Origin: an uncultured Gammaproteobacteria bacterium
GTDB lineage: Bacteria; Cyanobacteriota; Vampirovibrionia; 2-02-FULL-35-15
Assembly: GCA_964602915.1 (NCBI GenBank)
Contig: CAZRTB010000003.1
Location: forward strand, 146,809-210,808
Length of the DNA stretch: 64,000 nucleotides
Reading direction: 5' to 3'
Shown: positions 50,102 through 61,500 of the stretch, piece by piece
How positions within the stretch are numbered: position 1 is the stretch's first letter
Layout: the number at the start of each line of letters is the position of its first letter
Translations under genes and position numbers: made by a program
The notes under the pieces: generated by a model
The model's database searches: none
Seen by the model: only the letters and a program-made list of their open reading frames with translations
What the model was told of the DNA's origin: nothing

Positions 50102-53100
50102 CTTACATTAAAGTATTTAGACTGAATATGATGAACGACTATAGCAGAAGTACTCTGCTCAGGCTGAAGCTGAAAACTTTCAGAAAGTGATATTCCAATT
50201 CTTTCTGGTTTTAAAAGATCAAATATCATTTCCTGATCTTCAAGCTTTGGACAAGCTGGATAACCAAAACTATATCTGGATCCATGATAGCCTTGTCCTA
50301 AAAGCTTTCTAATATCTTTTTGATCTTCATGATGAATACCTAATTCAGTCCTAATTCTTTTATGCGACCATTCTGCTAAGGCTTCAGCAGTTTCTACTCC
50401 AAAACCATGGAAATATAAATAGTCAGTATATTTATTTTCTTCAAATAGTTTCTTTGCATAATCACTGGCTTTTTGACCAACAGTTACTACATGAAAAGCA
50501 ACTACATCGACTTCTCCAGAAAACTTATCTCTAAAGAAATCAGATATACAGAGTCTATCCCTATCTTTTTGTCTAGGGAAATTAAATCTCTGAATCTCTT
50601 TCTTTTTATTTTCATCTAGAATTACTAAGTCATTTCCTTCGCTTACACAATAGTAATAACCATAAACTGTTTCTGGTACTAAAAGATTTTCCTTTTTTGC
50701 CATTTCTTTTAAAGTAGCAAGAACTGGATATGCTTTTTCTTTAAGAAGTTTTTCATGTCCTTCTTTGTTTAATTTCCCTTTTTTAAATTGCCACTGACCA
50801 ACCATCAGAGCAATTTCATTAATAAATGGATAGATTTCATCAAGAGAAATATCTTTTAAAACTTTTGAACCATAGAAAGGAATTGCCGGGATTTTAACTG
50901 AAGGTTTAACGATAGGGCTTTTAATTAGAGGCTGAGCAGTAAGAATCGAAGATTGAGAAGAATCACTAGCGCTAGCTTTAGGGGAAAGTAACTCTTTCTG
51001 TTCCTGAACTCCAGCTTTCACAGAAATAACATCTTTTCGTTTAGCAGTACCCTTTTCACGAAAGATTTTTTCCATAAAATTTAAATCAGAGAAAGCATCT
51101 GATCCATAAAAAACTGTACCTTTATAAACATTTTGACAATCTTCATCTACAAACCTTCTATTTAAGGCCGCTCCACCTAAAATTACGGGTATAGTGATTC
51201 CTCTTTCATTTAGAACTTCTAGATTCTCTTTCATTATCTGTGTAGACTTAACTAGAAGTCCACTCATTCCAATAACATCAACATTTTCTTCTTCTGCTGT
51301 CTTAATAATATTCTCTATAGTCTGTTTTATACCTAGATTAAAGACTCTATATCCATTGTTTGTCAGTATGATATCAACAAGATTTTTACCGATATCATGA
51401 ACATCACCCTTAACAGTAGCAAGAACTATTTTTCCTCTGGTAGTAACATCCTTTTTTTCCATAAAAGGTTCTAAATAAGCCACAGAAGCTTTCATAGTTT
51501 CTGCAGACTGTAAAACAAAAGGGAGTTGCATTTCGCCAGAAGCAAAAAGATCTCCGACAACTTTCATCCCATCAAGAAGAATATTATTAACAATATCAAG
51601 AGGTTTATATTTTTCCAATGCTTTATCGAGATCAACATTTAATCCTGCTTTATTTCCATCAATAATTCTGTTTTTAAGTATTTCTTCAATCTCAAGAGTA
51701 GAATTAGAAAGTGAAGATTTTTCAGCGGAAGATTCTCTAATATTTTCAAAAAGAGACATGAATTTCACCAAAGGATCATAACCCTCTCTTCTCCTATCGT
51801 AAATTAAATCTAAGGCTGTCTCTCTCTGATCTGGTGATATTTTAAATAGTGGTAGAATTTTTTTAGCATTTACTATAGCCAAATCCATTCCAGCTAATAC
51901 AGCTTCATGCATAAAAACTGAATTTAGAACCTGCCTTGCAGAAGGTAACAATCCAAAAGAAATATTACTTACCCCAAGCATTGTCTTCACTTCAGGAAAA
52001 GTTTTTTTAATCAACCTTATTCCTTCAATAGTTTCAATTCCAGCTTTTCTAAATTCCTCATCCCCACTTCCTAAAGTAAAAGTTAAAGTATCAAAAACTA
52101 AATCTTTTCCAGCAATTCCATATTTTTCTACAGCAAGCTTATAAATTCTTTCTGCTATTTCAAGTTTTTTATCAGCAGTTTTAGCCATTCCATCTTCATC
52201 TATAGTAAGAGCAATTAGAACTGCCCCAAATTCTTTAGCCAAAGGACAGATTTTTTTCAGCCTCTCTTCACCATCTTCAAGATTAATGGAATTTACAACA
52301 GGTCTACCAGATATAAGCTCTAAAGATTTTTCAATAACAGGAGTTTCTGTAGAATCTATCATTAAAGGAATATTTACCTGAACATTTAATTTTTTCACAT
52401 ATTCAGTCATATCTTTAGTTTCATCTCTACCAACATATGCAGTACAAACATCTAAGATATGAGCACCTTCTTGAACTTGCTCTTTTGCCATATGAATCAT
52501 TGACTCAAAATCATCTTTAGCCAATAAATCTCTAAAAAGCTTACTACCATTTGCATTTGTTCTTTCACCAACAATGATAGGCGGCGAATCAATTTGAAGA
52601 GGAATACTGCTGTACAAACTTGAAACCGAATTAATATAATTAGCTTTTCTTTTTTTAGGTGATATGCTTTCAACAGTTTCAACTAATTTTTTTATATGAC
52701 TTGGAGTAGTTCCACAACAACCTCCAACAATATTTACACCTAAATCAATAACAAAATGTTTTAATGCATTTGCAAAATCTTCTGGTGTCAAATGATAATG
52801 ACTTCTACCACCTACATTTTCAGGGATTCCAGCATTAGGAATACAAGAAACAGGAATTCTACTTACTTCACAAAGGTGTCTTATATGAGATGACATTTCA
52901 AGAGGTCCAGTAGCACAATTCATACCAATAACATCAATTTCATAGGGTTCAATAGTACAAAAAGCAGAAGCAATATCACTACCAACAAGCATTGTCCCAG
53001 TAGCTTCTATAGTAATTTGAACAATTATTGGAAGCTTTTTCTTTTTTTCCTGCATTGCCTTAAAGACTGCAGAAATTGCTGATTTAACCTGAAGAAGATC

Positions 53101-53580
53101 CTGACAGGTTTCTATGATAAATAAGTCTGCGCCTCCATCTATCAAACCACAAGCCTGAGTATAAAAAGCTTTTTTCAGATCTTGATAAGAAATGTGTCCT
53201 AAAGTAGGAAGCTTTGTACCTGGTCCTATAGAACCTGCAACAAATCTTGGCTTTGAAGAGCTAAATTGTTGAGCTACTTCCTTGGCAATTTTTGAAGCCT
53301 CAAAATTTAAATCATACGCTTTCTCAGCAATATCATATTCAGCAAGAACTATTGAACTTGCTCCAAATGTATTAGTTTCAATAACATCACAACCAGCCGT
53401 TAAAAAAGAAGCGTGGATTTCTTTAATTATTTCAGGCTTTGTACTTACAAGGATTTCATTACATCCTTCTTTACCTGCAAAATCATCAAGAGAAAGAGGG
53501 TAGCCTTGAATTGAAGTACCCATGGCTCCATCAAAAACAATAATTTTCTCTTTAAGTAGATCTAAAAAACTTTTTGGCAT
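50098..53580 (-). CDS. metH: Cobalamin-dependent methionine synthase
   Basis: DGAMGT, NCATGP, GGCCGT, GERTN, TVKGDVHDIGKN, RYSFGYPACP; ATG 53580 (track start 53601). Confidence 0.98.
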   Translation of the reverse strand: MPKSFLDLLKEKIIVFDGAMGTSIQGYPLSLDDFAGKEGCNEILVSTKPEIIKEIHASFLTAGCDVIETNTFGASSIVLAEYDIAEKAYDLNFEASKIAKEVAQQFSSSKPRFVAGSIGPGTKLPTLGHISYQDLKKAFYTQACGLIDGGADLFIIETCQDLLQVKSAISAVFKAMQEKKKKLPIIVQITIEATGTMLVGSDIASAFCTIEPYEIDVIGMNCATGPLEMSSHIRHLCEVSRIPVSCIPNAGIPENVGGRSHYHLTPEDFANALKHFVIDLGVNIVGGCCGTTPSHIKKLVETVESISPKKRKANYINSVSSLYSSIPLQIDSPPIIVGERTNANGSKLFRDLLAKDDFESMIHMAKEQVQEGAHILDVCTAYVGRDETKDMTEYVKKLNVQVNIPLMIDSTETPVIEKSLELISGRPVVNSINLEDGEERLKKICPLAKEFGAVLIALTIDEDGMAKTADKKLEIAERIYKLAVEKYGIAGKDLVFDTLTFTLGSGDEEFRKAGIETIEGIRLIKKTFPEVKTMLGVSNISFGLLPSARQVLNSVFMHEAVLAGMDLAIVNAKKILPLFKISPDQRETALDLIYDRRREGYDPLVKFMSLFENIRESSAEKSSLSNSTLEIEEILKNRIIDGNKAGLNVDLDKALEKYKPLDIVNNILLDGMKVVGDLFASGEMQLPFVLQSAETMKASVAYLEPFMEKKDVTTRGKIVLATVKGDVHDIGKNLVDIILTNNGYRVFNLGIKQTIENIIKTAEEENVDVIGMSGLLVKSTQIMKENLEVLNERGITIPVILGGAALNRRFVDEDCQNVYKGTVFYGSDAFSDLNFMEKIFREKGTAKRKDVISVKAGVQEQKELLSPKASASDSSQSSILTAQPLIKSPIVKPSVKIPAIPFYGSKVLKDISLDEIYPFINEIALMVGQWQFKKGKLNKEGHEKLLKEKAYPVLATLKEMAKKENLLVPETVYGYYYCVSEGNDLVILDENKKKEIQRFNFPRQKDRDRLCISDFFRDKFSGEVDVVAFHVVTVGQKASDYAKKLFEENKYTDYLYFHGFGVETAEALAEWSHKRIRTELGIHHEDQKDIRKLLGQGYHGSRYSFGYPACPKLEDQEMIFDLLKPERIGISLSESFQLQPEQSTSAIVVHHIQSKYFNVS

Positions 53581-53644
53581 ATTCTTACTTTTACAAAGCA
53601 ATTAACAGATCGCAGATAGTATTTTACCAATAAATTACAAATTA

Positions 53645-55135
53645 CTATTTGCTGTCCCACCCTAACGATCTTTTCACTGCCTCTTTCCACATTACATACT
53701 CTTGACTTCTATTTTTCCTTGGAATAAATAGTTCATCTGTTTTCCAAAGTTTTTTTAAATCTTCCATGGAATTCCAAAGACCATGCTCTCCTAACCCGGA
53801 AAGCATAGCTACTCCAATAGCAGTAGCTTCATTTTGTGAAGATCTAGTTATAGCTGTACCTAAAAGATCTGCCTGAAATTGGAGTAAAAAGTTATTCTTT
53901 ACTGCACCACCATCAGCCTTAACAAAAACATCTTTTGGCAAAATATCTTTTACTGGCACAATTAAATCTGCAATTTGATATGCCATTGATTCCACACCAG
54001 CTCTTACTATATGTGCTTTTGTCGTACCTCTGGTAAGCCCAATTAAAATTCCTCTTGCAGACTGATCCCAGTGTGGAGCACCAAGACCAACAAGTGCAGG
54101 AACAAGATAAACACCATCATTAGAATCAATACTTATAGCTATTTTTTCAACTTCTGAAGAATCTTTTATAATTCCAAGACCATCTCTTAACCACTGGATT
54201 ATAGCTCCAGAAATAAAAGTAGCTCCTTCGTATGCATAAGTAGTTTTTAAACCAGACAAAGACCATGCAATTGTCGTTAAAAAATTATCGTTTAATTTAA
54301 ATTCATTCCCAATGTTTATAAGAAGGAATCCACCCGTGCCATAAGTAACTTTTAAATCTCCTTCATTAAAACAACACTGTCCAAATAATGCCGCTTGCTG
54401 ATCACCTAAAATTGCCTTTATCGGAACTTCAGAACCAATTAAATTTTTAGAGCTAAAACCAAACTCAGAATTTGATGGAAGCACTTTAGCTAACATCCAT
54501 TCTTCAACACCAAATATTTCAAGCAATTCCTTGTCATATTTTTCTTCTTTAATATTAAAAAGCATTGTTCTACTTGCATTTGAAGTATCTGTACAAAAAG
54601 ATTTTTGCCCCGTTAATTTATACAAGATCCACGCATCAACAGTTCCAAATCTCAATCTCTTGTTTTTTATTAACTCTTTTGCAGAAGGTACATTATCAAT
54701 TATCCATTTCATTTTTGAAGCTGAAAAATAAGCATCAATTTCTAAACCTGTTTTTAATTTTATTACTTCTTTATACTTGTTCTTCAGCTCGTCACAAAAT
54801 GCAGAAGTACGTCTGCACTGCCAGACTATTGCATTGTGAATAGGTTCTCCTGTTTCTGAATCAAAAGGAATAATTGTTTCTCTTTGATTTGTTATCCCTA
54901 TAGATAAGATTTCATCTGGATTTATTTTTGATTTTTTTATTACATCCTGAATCGTATAAAGCTGAGTATCCCATATCTCATCAGGAGAATGCTCAACCCA
55001 TGATGGTTGTGGATAGATTTGATTAAACTCTTTTTGTGATGAAGATATGATTTTCAAATTCTCATCTAGTAATAAAGTCCTAGAACTTGTCGTCCCTTGA
55101 TCAATTGCTAAAATGTATTTTTTTTTATTACTCAT
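53645..55135 (-). CDS. glpK: Glycerol kinase
   Basis: IDQGTTSSR, GITNQRET, WQCRR, NASRTML, GDQQAALFG; ATG 55135 (track start 55144). Confidence 0.97.
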   Translation of the reverse strand: MSNKKKYILAIDQGTTSSRTLLLDENLKIISSSQKEFNQIYPQPSWVEHSPDEIWDTQLYTIQDVIKKSKINPDEILSIGITNQRETIIPFDSETGEPIHNAIVWQCRRTSAFCDELKNKYKEVIKLKTGLEIDAYFSASKMKWIIDNVPSAKELIKNKRLRFGTVDAWILYKLTGQKSFCTDTSNASRTMLFNIKEEKYDKELLEIFGVEEWMLAKVLPSNSEFGFSSKNLIGSEVPIKAILGDQQAALFGQCCFNEGDLKVTYGTGGFLLINIGNEFKLNDNFLTTIAWSLSGLKTTYAYEGATFISGAIIQWLRDGLGIIKDSSEVEKIAISIDSNDGVYLVPALVGLGAPHWDQSARGILIGLTRGTTKAHIVRAGVESMAYQIADLIVPVKDILPKDVFVKADGGAVKNNFLLQFQADLLGTAITRSSQNEATAIGVAMLSGLGEHGLWNSMEDLKKLWKTDELFIPRKNRSQEYVMWKEAVKRSLGWDSK

Positions 55136-55506
55136 AATTTGCAAATTAAAAACTTCAATAATAAAATTAACTTTTTAATATTTTATACACTTATTAATAT
55201 TAAATTTCTCTCATCAAAGATAAGAATATTTGAGTAAGACTATTCCCTAAATTAAATATGTTTAAGATAGAGAAGGAGGCAAAAGAAAAAATTAAACTAT
55301 ACATACTGATAAATGCCTTATTTTTAAATAATTGAAGATCTATTATAAGCGCAATACAGATTTTTGTTTTACATTATTACCAATTTACTTTATATCAATA
55401 GTATATAGAATTAATCAGAGTATTTCTCAATAAAGTTTTTATTGTGAGATTTAACCTTGAAAACTATCTTATAAAATCGTTTTTAAAAATTTATTTTAAT
55501 AATCGT

Positions 55507-58500
55507 ATGAATAAGGGAACAAAACTAAAAATCTTTAAAGGGATATTAAGCGTATTCTTTATTATCCTTATAAATTTCCCAACTTTTGCACTGTTTGATG
55601 TGAATGTAAAAAATCTCTTTCATATTCCTGGCCTAAATATTACTTTTAAACTAGATGCTCCACAAAACCAACTTGCATATGCCCAAATCATAACCTCAAA
55701 TGCCTGTATCGATGGTATTGACAATGATGGTGATGGTTATATCGACGGAAACGATCCATCATGCTTATCAGTACTAGGAACATCAGAATCACCTGTTAAT
55801 TCTGCACCAAATTGCATTAACAGAGTTTCTGTTCAAGACGAATATTCATTATTAAAAGCAAATACTGATGTATATTTTCACAGAACATCACATCATCCAA
55901 ATGACAATGACTGGGTTATAGCAAGCGATAATAAACCCTGGGGAAATGCTTTAGTTACAGATCTAGATCTTGCCCAATTCCCTCTTCCACAAAATGGTAT
56001 CCCAACAACACCAAAAGCATTAGTAATAGTAGGAAGCAATGTTTACTTACATAATGACTTAAGAGATTTTGTCACTAATGACTGGATAAGTTTAAATTTT
56101 AATAAGCCTTGGGGAAACAGTGTCCTTACCAGCGTAAGCTTAGCGCACTACAATACACTAGCTAACACTTACATAAGGGGCTTAGTATCAACAGCAAACA
56201 TGGTTTATTATTTCACCACTAAACCAGGAACTGCTTATCCAGCAAACACATGGGTTGATGTAAGTGATAATTTACCTTGGGCTTCTGCCATCATCAAAGA
56301 TGCTGACATTAGTGGTCAAGGAAATGCAATTCTTACCATTCCAACTGGAGTTATTTATGTACACGATAATATAGAATCTATAACAACATCAAACTGGGCT
56401 ATCGGCGCAAATCAAGTTTCTTCCAGTGGAGCTCAAAGAATTGATCTAGAATTCAGACCAGGAATAGCATCTAATCAAAGCAATGTTTTTTATAGCCTAG
56501 CTCCTGCATTTCCAGGATATCCTTGGACTAGCATAAACGATAATAAACCCTGGGGAAATAGTTTAATTGATGATGTTTCTGTATTTTTCTGGTCTCAAGT
56601 CGAACCATGGAACACTCCTGCTGTCACACAAATTGTAGCTGGTAATAAGCCTTATTATCACTTAATGCCTGAAGCCATCAGCACTGATAACTGGTTTGAT
56701 GATAGCGACAATCAGCCATGGAACTTAGTAGGCGGTGCATGTAACCCTTGTTCAAATAATCAAATTTATTGCAATAATACCTGTGTTGATGGTAATTGTT
56801 GTAGTAATGCAAACTGTACCAGTGGACAAACCTGTTCAAACTACACTTGTCAATGTCCAGTAGGACAAATTTATTGTGGTGGAATGTGTGTAAATGGTTA
56901 TTGTTGCTCTAATGCTGATTGCCCTAGCGGTACCTCCTGTACTGGAAACACCTGTGTATTAAATACTAGTGGTTCATGTCCTCAAAATACTAATGTATAC
57001 AACTTCTCTGTTTCATGCCCAACATCTGCACAGCTGTGTACTACTCAAGGAAGTACAACTATTAACCTAATAAATTCCTCACCTCTTACATTTACTTACA
57101 CAACACCAAACTCACATTGTTCATCAGTCAGAATATACGTCAGAGTAGATGGAAACCTTATAACTACAAGTCCTTACCTAGGATACCTTGGCGATCCTCA
57201 AAATAGACCAAGAACTTTTGGACCAGTAAATCTAGGTACGTATCCAGCTGGCAATCACACTATAACAATTCAAGCAGAAGGAACTCCAGGTGGCTGTAAC
57301 ACTGGCACTTTAGCTTCATGGGGCGGCACTGCTATAGTTTCTGCTCTATATAATTGTAACTGCCCAGGAGGACAAATTTCTTGTAGTAATGTTTGTGTAA
57401 CTGGGAACTGTTGTACTAATGCTCAGTGCACTTCTGGTCAAACTTGTACAAATAACTCATGCTCATGTCCACCTGGACAGATTTTATGTAATGGTGTTTG
57501 CATGGTAGGAAATTGTTGCACTAATACTCAGTGCACTTCTGGTCAAACTTGTACAAATAACTCATGCTCATGCCCACCTGGACAGATTTTATGTAATGGT
57601 GTTTGTACTTTAGGAAACTGTTGCACTAATGCTCAGTGCACTTCTGGTCAAACTTGTACAAATAACTCATGCTCATGTCCACCTGGACAGATTTTATGTA
57701 ATGGTGTTTGTACTTTAGGAAACTGTTGTACTAATGCTCAATGTACAAATGGACAACTCTGCTTAAATAACACATGTACAAATCCTGCTCCATGTAACAT
57801 ATTAGGCTATTGGAAATATGATGAAGCTCAAACAAATACAACAGCAAGTGATTCATCTACAAATAACAACAACGGCACTTATTTCAATATGCCTCAAACC
57901 TCAACAGATGTACCAGTTTTAATGTTTGCTAACTCGGCAAGCAGAAGATTCTTTGGTTCACAATATGTAGAATTTATTAATGAACCATTCTTTGACTTTA
58001 ATAATCTTGAAGATTTAACTATTTCAGCATGGGTCAAACAAGACACTATTAAGAGTGCTTTATTAAATCAAGTAATTTTAGGCAAAGGTAGAAACTATCA
58101 GTTAAGTATTAAAGGAAACACAATCTTATTTTCTTATAGTTCTAATGGCACTACATTTAATGAAGTCTATACTGCAAACGCTAATCTACAGGCAAATGCA
58201 TGGCAACACATAGTAGTTAAATATAAGATTTGTGATGGTTCTTCTATTCGAGTATTTAAAAATGGTATTTTACAAAGTGGGGCATGGACTACCGGTACTG
58301 GAAGCAATGCTGTGTTCTTAAACAATGATCCACTAGTTTCAGGAGCAAGCAAGATCAGTGGTGTTTTAGCTGATTACTTACAACAATATACTTACTTAGA
58401 TGATATAAGAATCTGGAGAAGAGCTTTATCAGACTGTGAAATCCAATCCTTATCAGCAGGAAATGATATAACCTGCCCTCCAAATAACTGTCCTGTATGC

Positions 58501-61500
58501 CAGTCAGGTCAAATACTATGCAACAGCACTTGTGTCAACGGTAATTGTTGTAATAACAATCAATGTCCAGGGGGTCAAGTTTGTTCAAGTAATGTTTGCG
58601 TACCAGGCACATGCCCTAACATCAATGCATATGCCGATGAAATTACTGCAAACTCACCAGTTGTAGCAAATCTACCAACTGATGTATTAGGTAATCCAAA
58701 CTTAATGTCTGCTGACTTTGACACAAATGGTGCTCAAAATGGTTTTGTCACTGTAATGTTTAATGGAAATCATAAAATTATTGATTTATCAGGAAATGAT
58801 TTAGCAATTCATTTAGTAGACTTCTATACTGCAGAGCCTAGCGAAGGGTTTGAGGTTTTAGTCAGCAACAATGGAGTAAATTTTGTTTCTCTTGGAACTA
58901 GGAATCCGACTCTAACAACATCCCAGCCAACTGTTGAAAGTTTTGATCTTGCTGGAAGTGGATTAACAGAAGCTATATATGTAACAGTAAGAAACCTATC
59001 AAATCAAAATCTTACCCACATAGGTCCTGATATTGATGCAATCGAAGCAATACACACAGCAAGTTGCCAGTGTCTTCCTGGTCAAATAATTTGTAATGGC
59101 TCATGTATAACTGGAAATTGCTGTTCAAATGCTAACTGTACTTCAGGACAAATCTGCTCTAACAATATTTGTACCTGCCCAAATGGTCAAGTTCTTGTAA
59201 ATGGAATGTGCATAACTGGAGACTGTTCGACAAATGCTCAATGTACTTCAGGAGCTACCTGTACAAATAATTCTTGTACTTGTCCACAAGGTACTGTTTT
59301 AGCTAATGGTGTATGTATTCCTGGAAACTGTACGACAAACGCTCAGTGCACCTCTGGACTACTCTGTATTAATAACAACTGTTCTTGTCCTCCAGGTCAA
59401 ATCATTGTTAATGGACAATGTATTCCTGGTGACTGTATAACTCAATCTCAGTGTACTTCTGGTCAGTCGTGCATCGGAAATAGCTGTACCTGTCCATTTG
59501 GTCAAATACTCGTTAATGGTATGTGTATTCCTGGAAACTGCGCTACAAATGCAGATTGCACTTCAGGTCAAGTTTGCATAAATAATATTTGCTCTCTAAC
59601 ATCTAGTGGATGTCAATCCGGACAATTAATGTGCTCAAACTCCTGTGTAACTGGTAATTGCTGTACAAATGCTGACTGTACTTCTGGTCAGACTTGTTCT
59701 AATAATGCTTGCTCATGTCCTCAAGGTCAAATCTTAGTAAATGGCATGTGTATCCCAGGTGACTGTACTACAAACTCTAACTGTACTTCTGGTCAGGTCT
59801 GTTTAAACAATAACTGTACATGTCCTCAAGGTCAGATCCTAGTAAATGGCATGTGTGTCCCTGGAAACTGTGTAAATAACTCTCAATGTACATCCGGTCA
59901 AACCTGTGTAAATAATTCTTGTACGTGTACTTCAGGTCAAATACTGGTAAATGGTGCTTGCATCATTGGAGACTGTACTACCAATGCTCAATGTACCTCC
60001 GGTCAATTCTGTTTAAACAATAACTGTACCTGTCCAAATGGTCAGATTTTATGTAATGGTTCATGTGTAACTGGAACTTGCTGTAGCAGTAATCAATGTT
60101 CAGGGGGTCAGCTCTGCACTAATAACACTTGCGCATGCCCACAAGGACAGATACTAGTCAATGGTGTATGTGTAACTGGTAACTGTACAAATAATTCTCA
60201 GTGCACTTCTGGTCAATTATGTTCAAACAATAATTGTTCATGCCCTTCTGGAAATATTTTATGCAACAATTCCTGTACACAAGGTAATTGCTGTTCAAAT
60301 GCTAACTGTACTTCTGGTTTAATTTGTTTAAATAACTCTTGTACATGTCCTTCTGGAACGATCTTATTAAATGGTGTTTGTATCCCTGGAAATTGTATAA
60401 CCGTAAATGACTGTACTTCAGGTCAGGTTTGTTTAAGCAATAACTGCTCATGTTCTTATGGTCAGATTTTTGTTAATGGAATGTGCATAACTGGTAACTG
60501 TACTACAAATGCTCAGTGCTCATCAGGTCAAGTTTGTACTAATAATATATGTTCCTCAACGACGACCTCATCATCTGGCTCAACAACTTCATCTTCATCT
60601 GGTACTGGTTGTTTAGGTGGACAAGTACTTTGTAATAATGTTTGCGTAAATGGAAATTGCTGTGCAAATGTAGACTGTACTTCAGGTCAAATTTGTTCTA
60701 ATAATTCTTGTACATGCCCTCAAGGTCAAATTTTTGTAAGCGGAATGTGTATAACTGGAACTTGCACAACAAATTCTCAATGTACTTCAGGTCAAATTTG
60801 CTCTAATAATTCCTGCACATGTCCATCTGGAACCATATTAGTAAATGGTATTTGTGTTCCTGGAAATTGCTTAACAAACTCTCAATGCACTTCAGGTCAA
60901 GTTTGTTCCAATAATAACTGCTCATGTCCTCAAGGTCAGATCCTTATTAATGGATTATGTATACCTGGAGATTGTGTAACTCAATCTCAGTGTACTTCTG
61001 GTCAGTCGTGTATTAGTAACACTTGTACCTGTCCTTCTGGACAAGTTTTAGTAAATGGTATGTGTGTTCCTGGAAATTGTGTAACTTCTGCTCAGTGCAC
61101 TTCAGGTCAGATCTGTATAAATAACATTTGTTCTATATCATCGAGCGGATGCCCACAAGGTCAAATCTTCTGCTCCAATTCATGTGTAGCTGGTAACTGT
61201 TGTTCAAACTCTCAGTGTACTTCTGGTCAAACATGCTCAAGCAATCTCTGCTCCTGCCCTCAAGGACAAATTCTTGTTAACGGTACTTGTGTTATTGGAG
61301 ATTGTACATCAAATTCTCAATGTACTTCTGGTCAGCTTTGTACTAACAATAATTGCTCATGCCCTCAAGGTCAAGTTTTAGTTAATGGTATTTGTATACC
61401 AGGTAACTGTGTAAATAATTCTCAATGTACTTCTGGTCAAACTTGTTCAAACAATAACTGCGTATGTACCTCAGGTCAAATACTAGTTAATGGTGTTTGT

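Noticed and set aside
253-54843. Many short track ORFs opposite or inside well-supported genes (e.g. 943-1287, 1813-2265, 2218-2475, 19914-20285, 37499-37705, 39363-39758, 42404-42694, 48808-49302)
   Set aside because: Antisense or alternate-frame shadows with no motifs.
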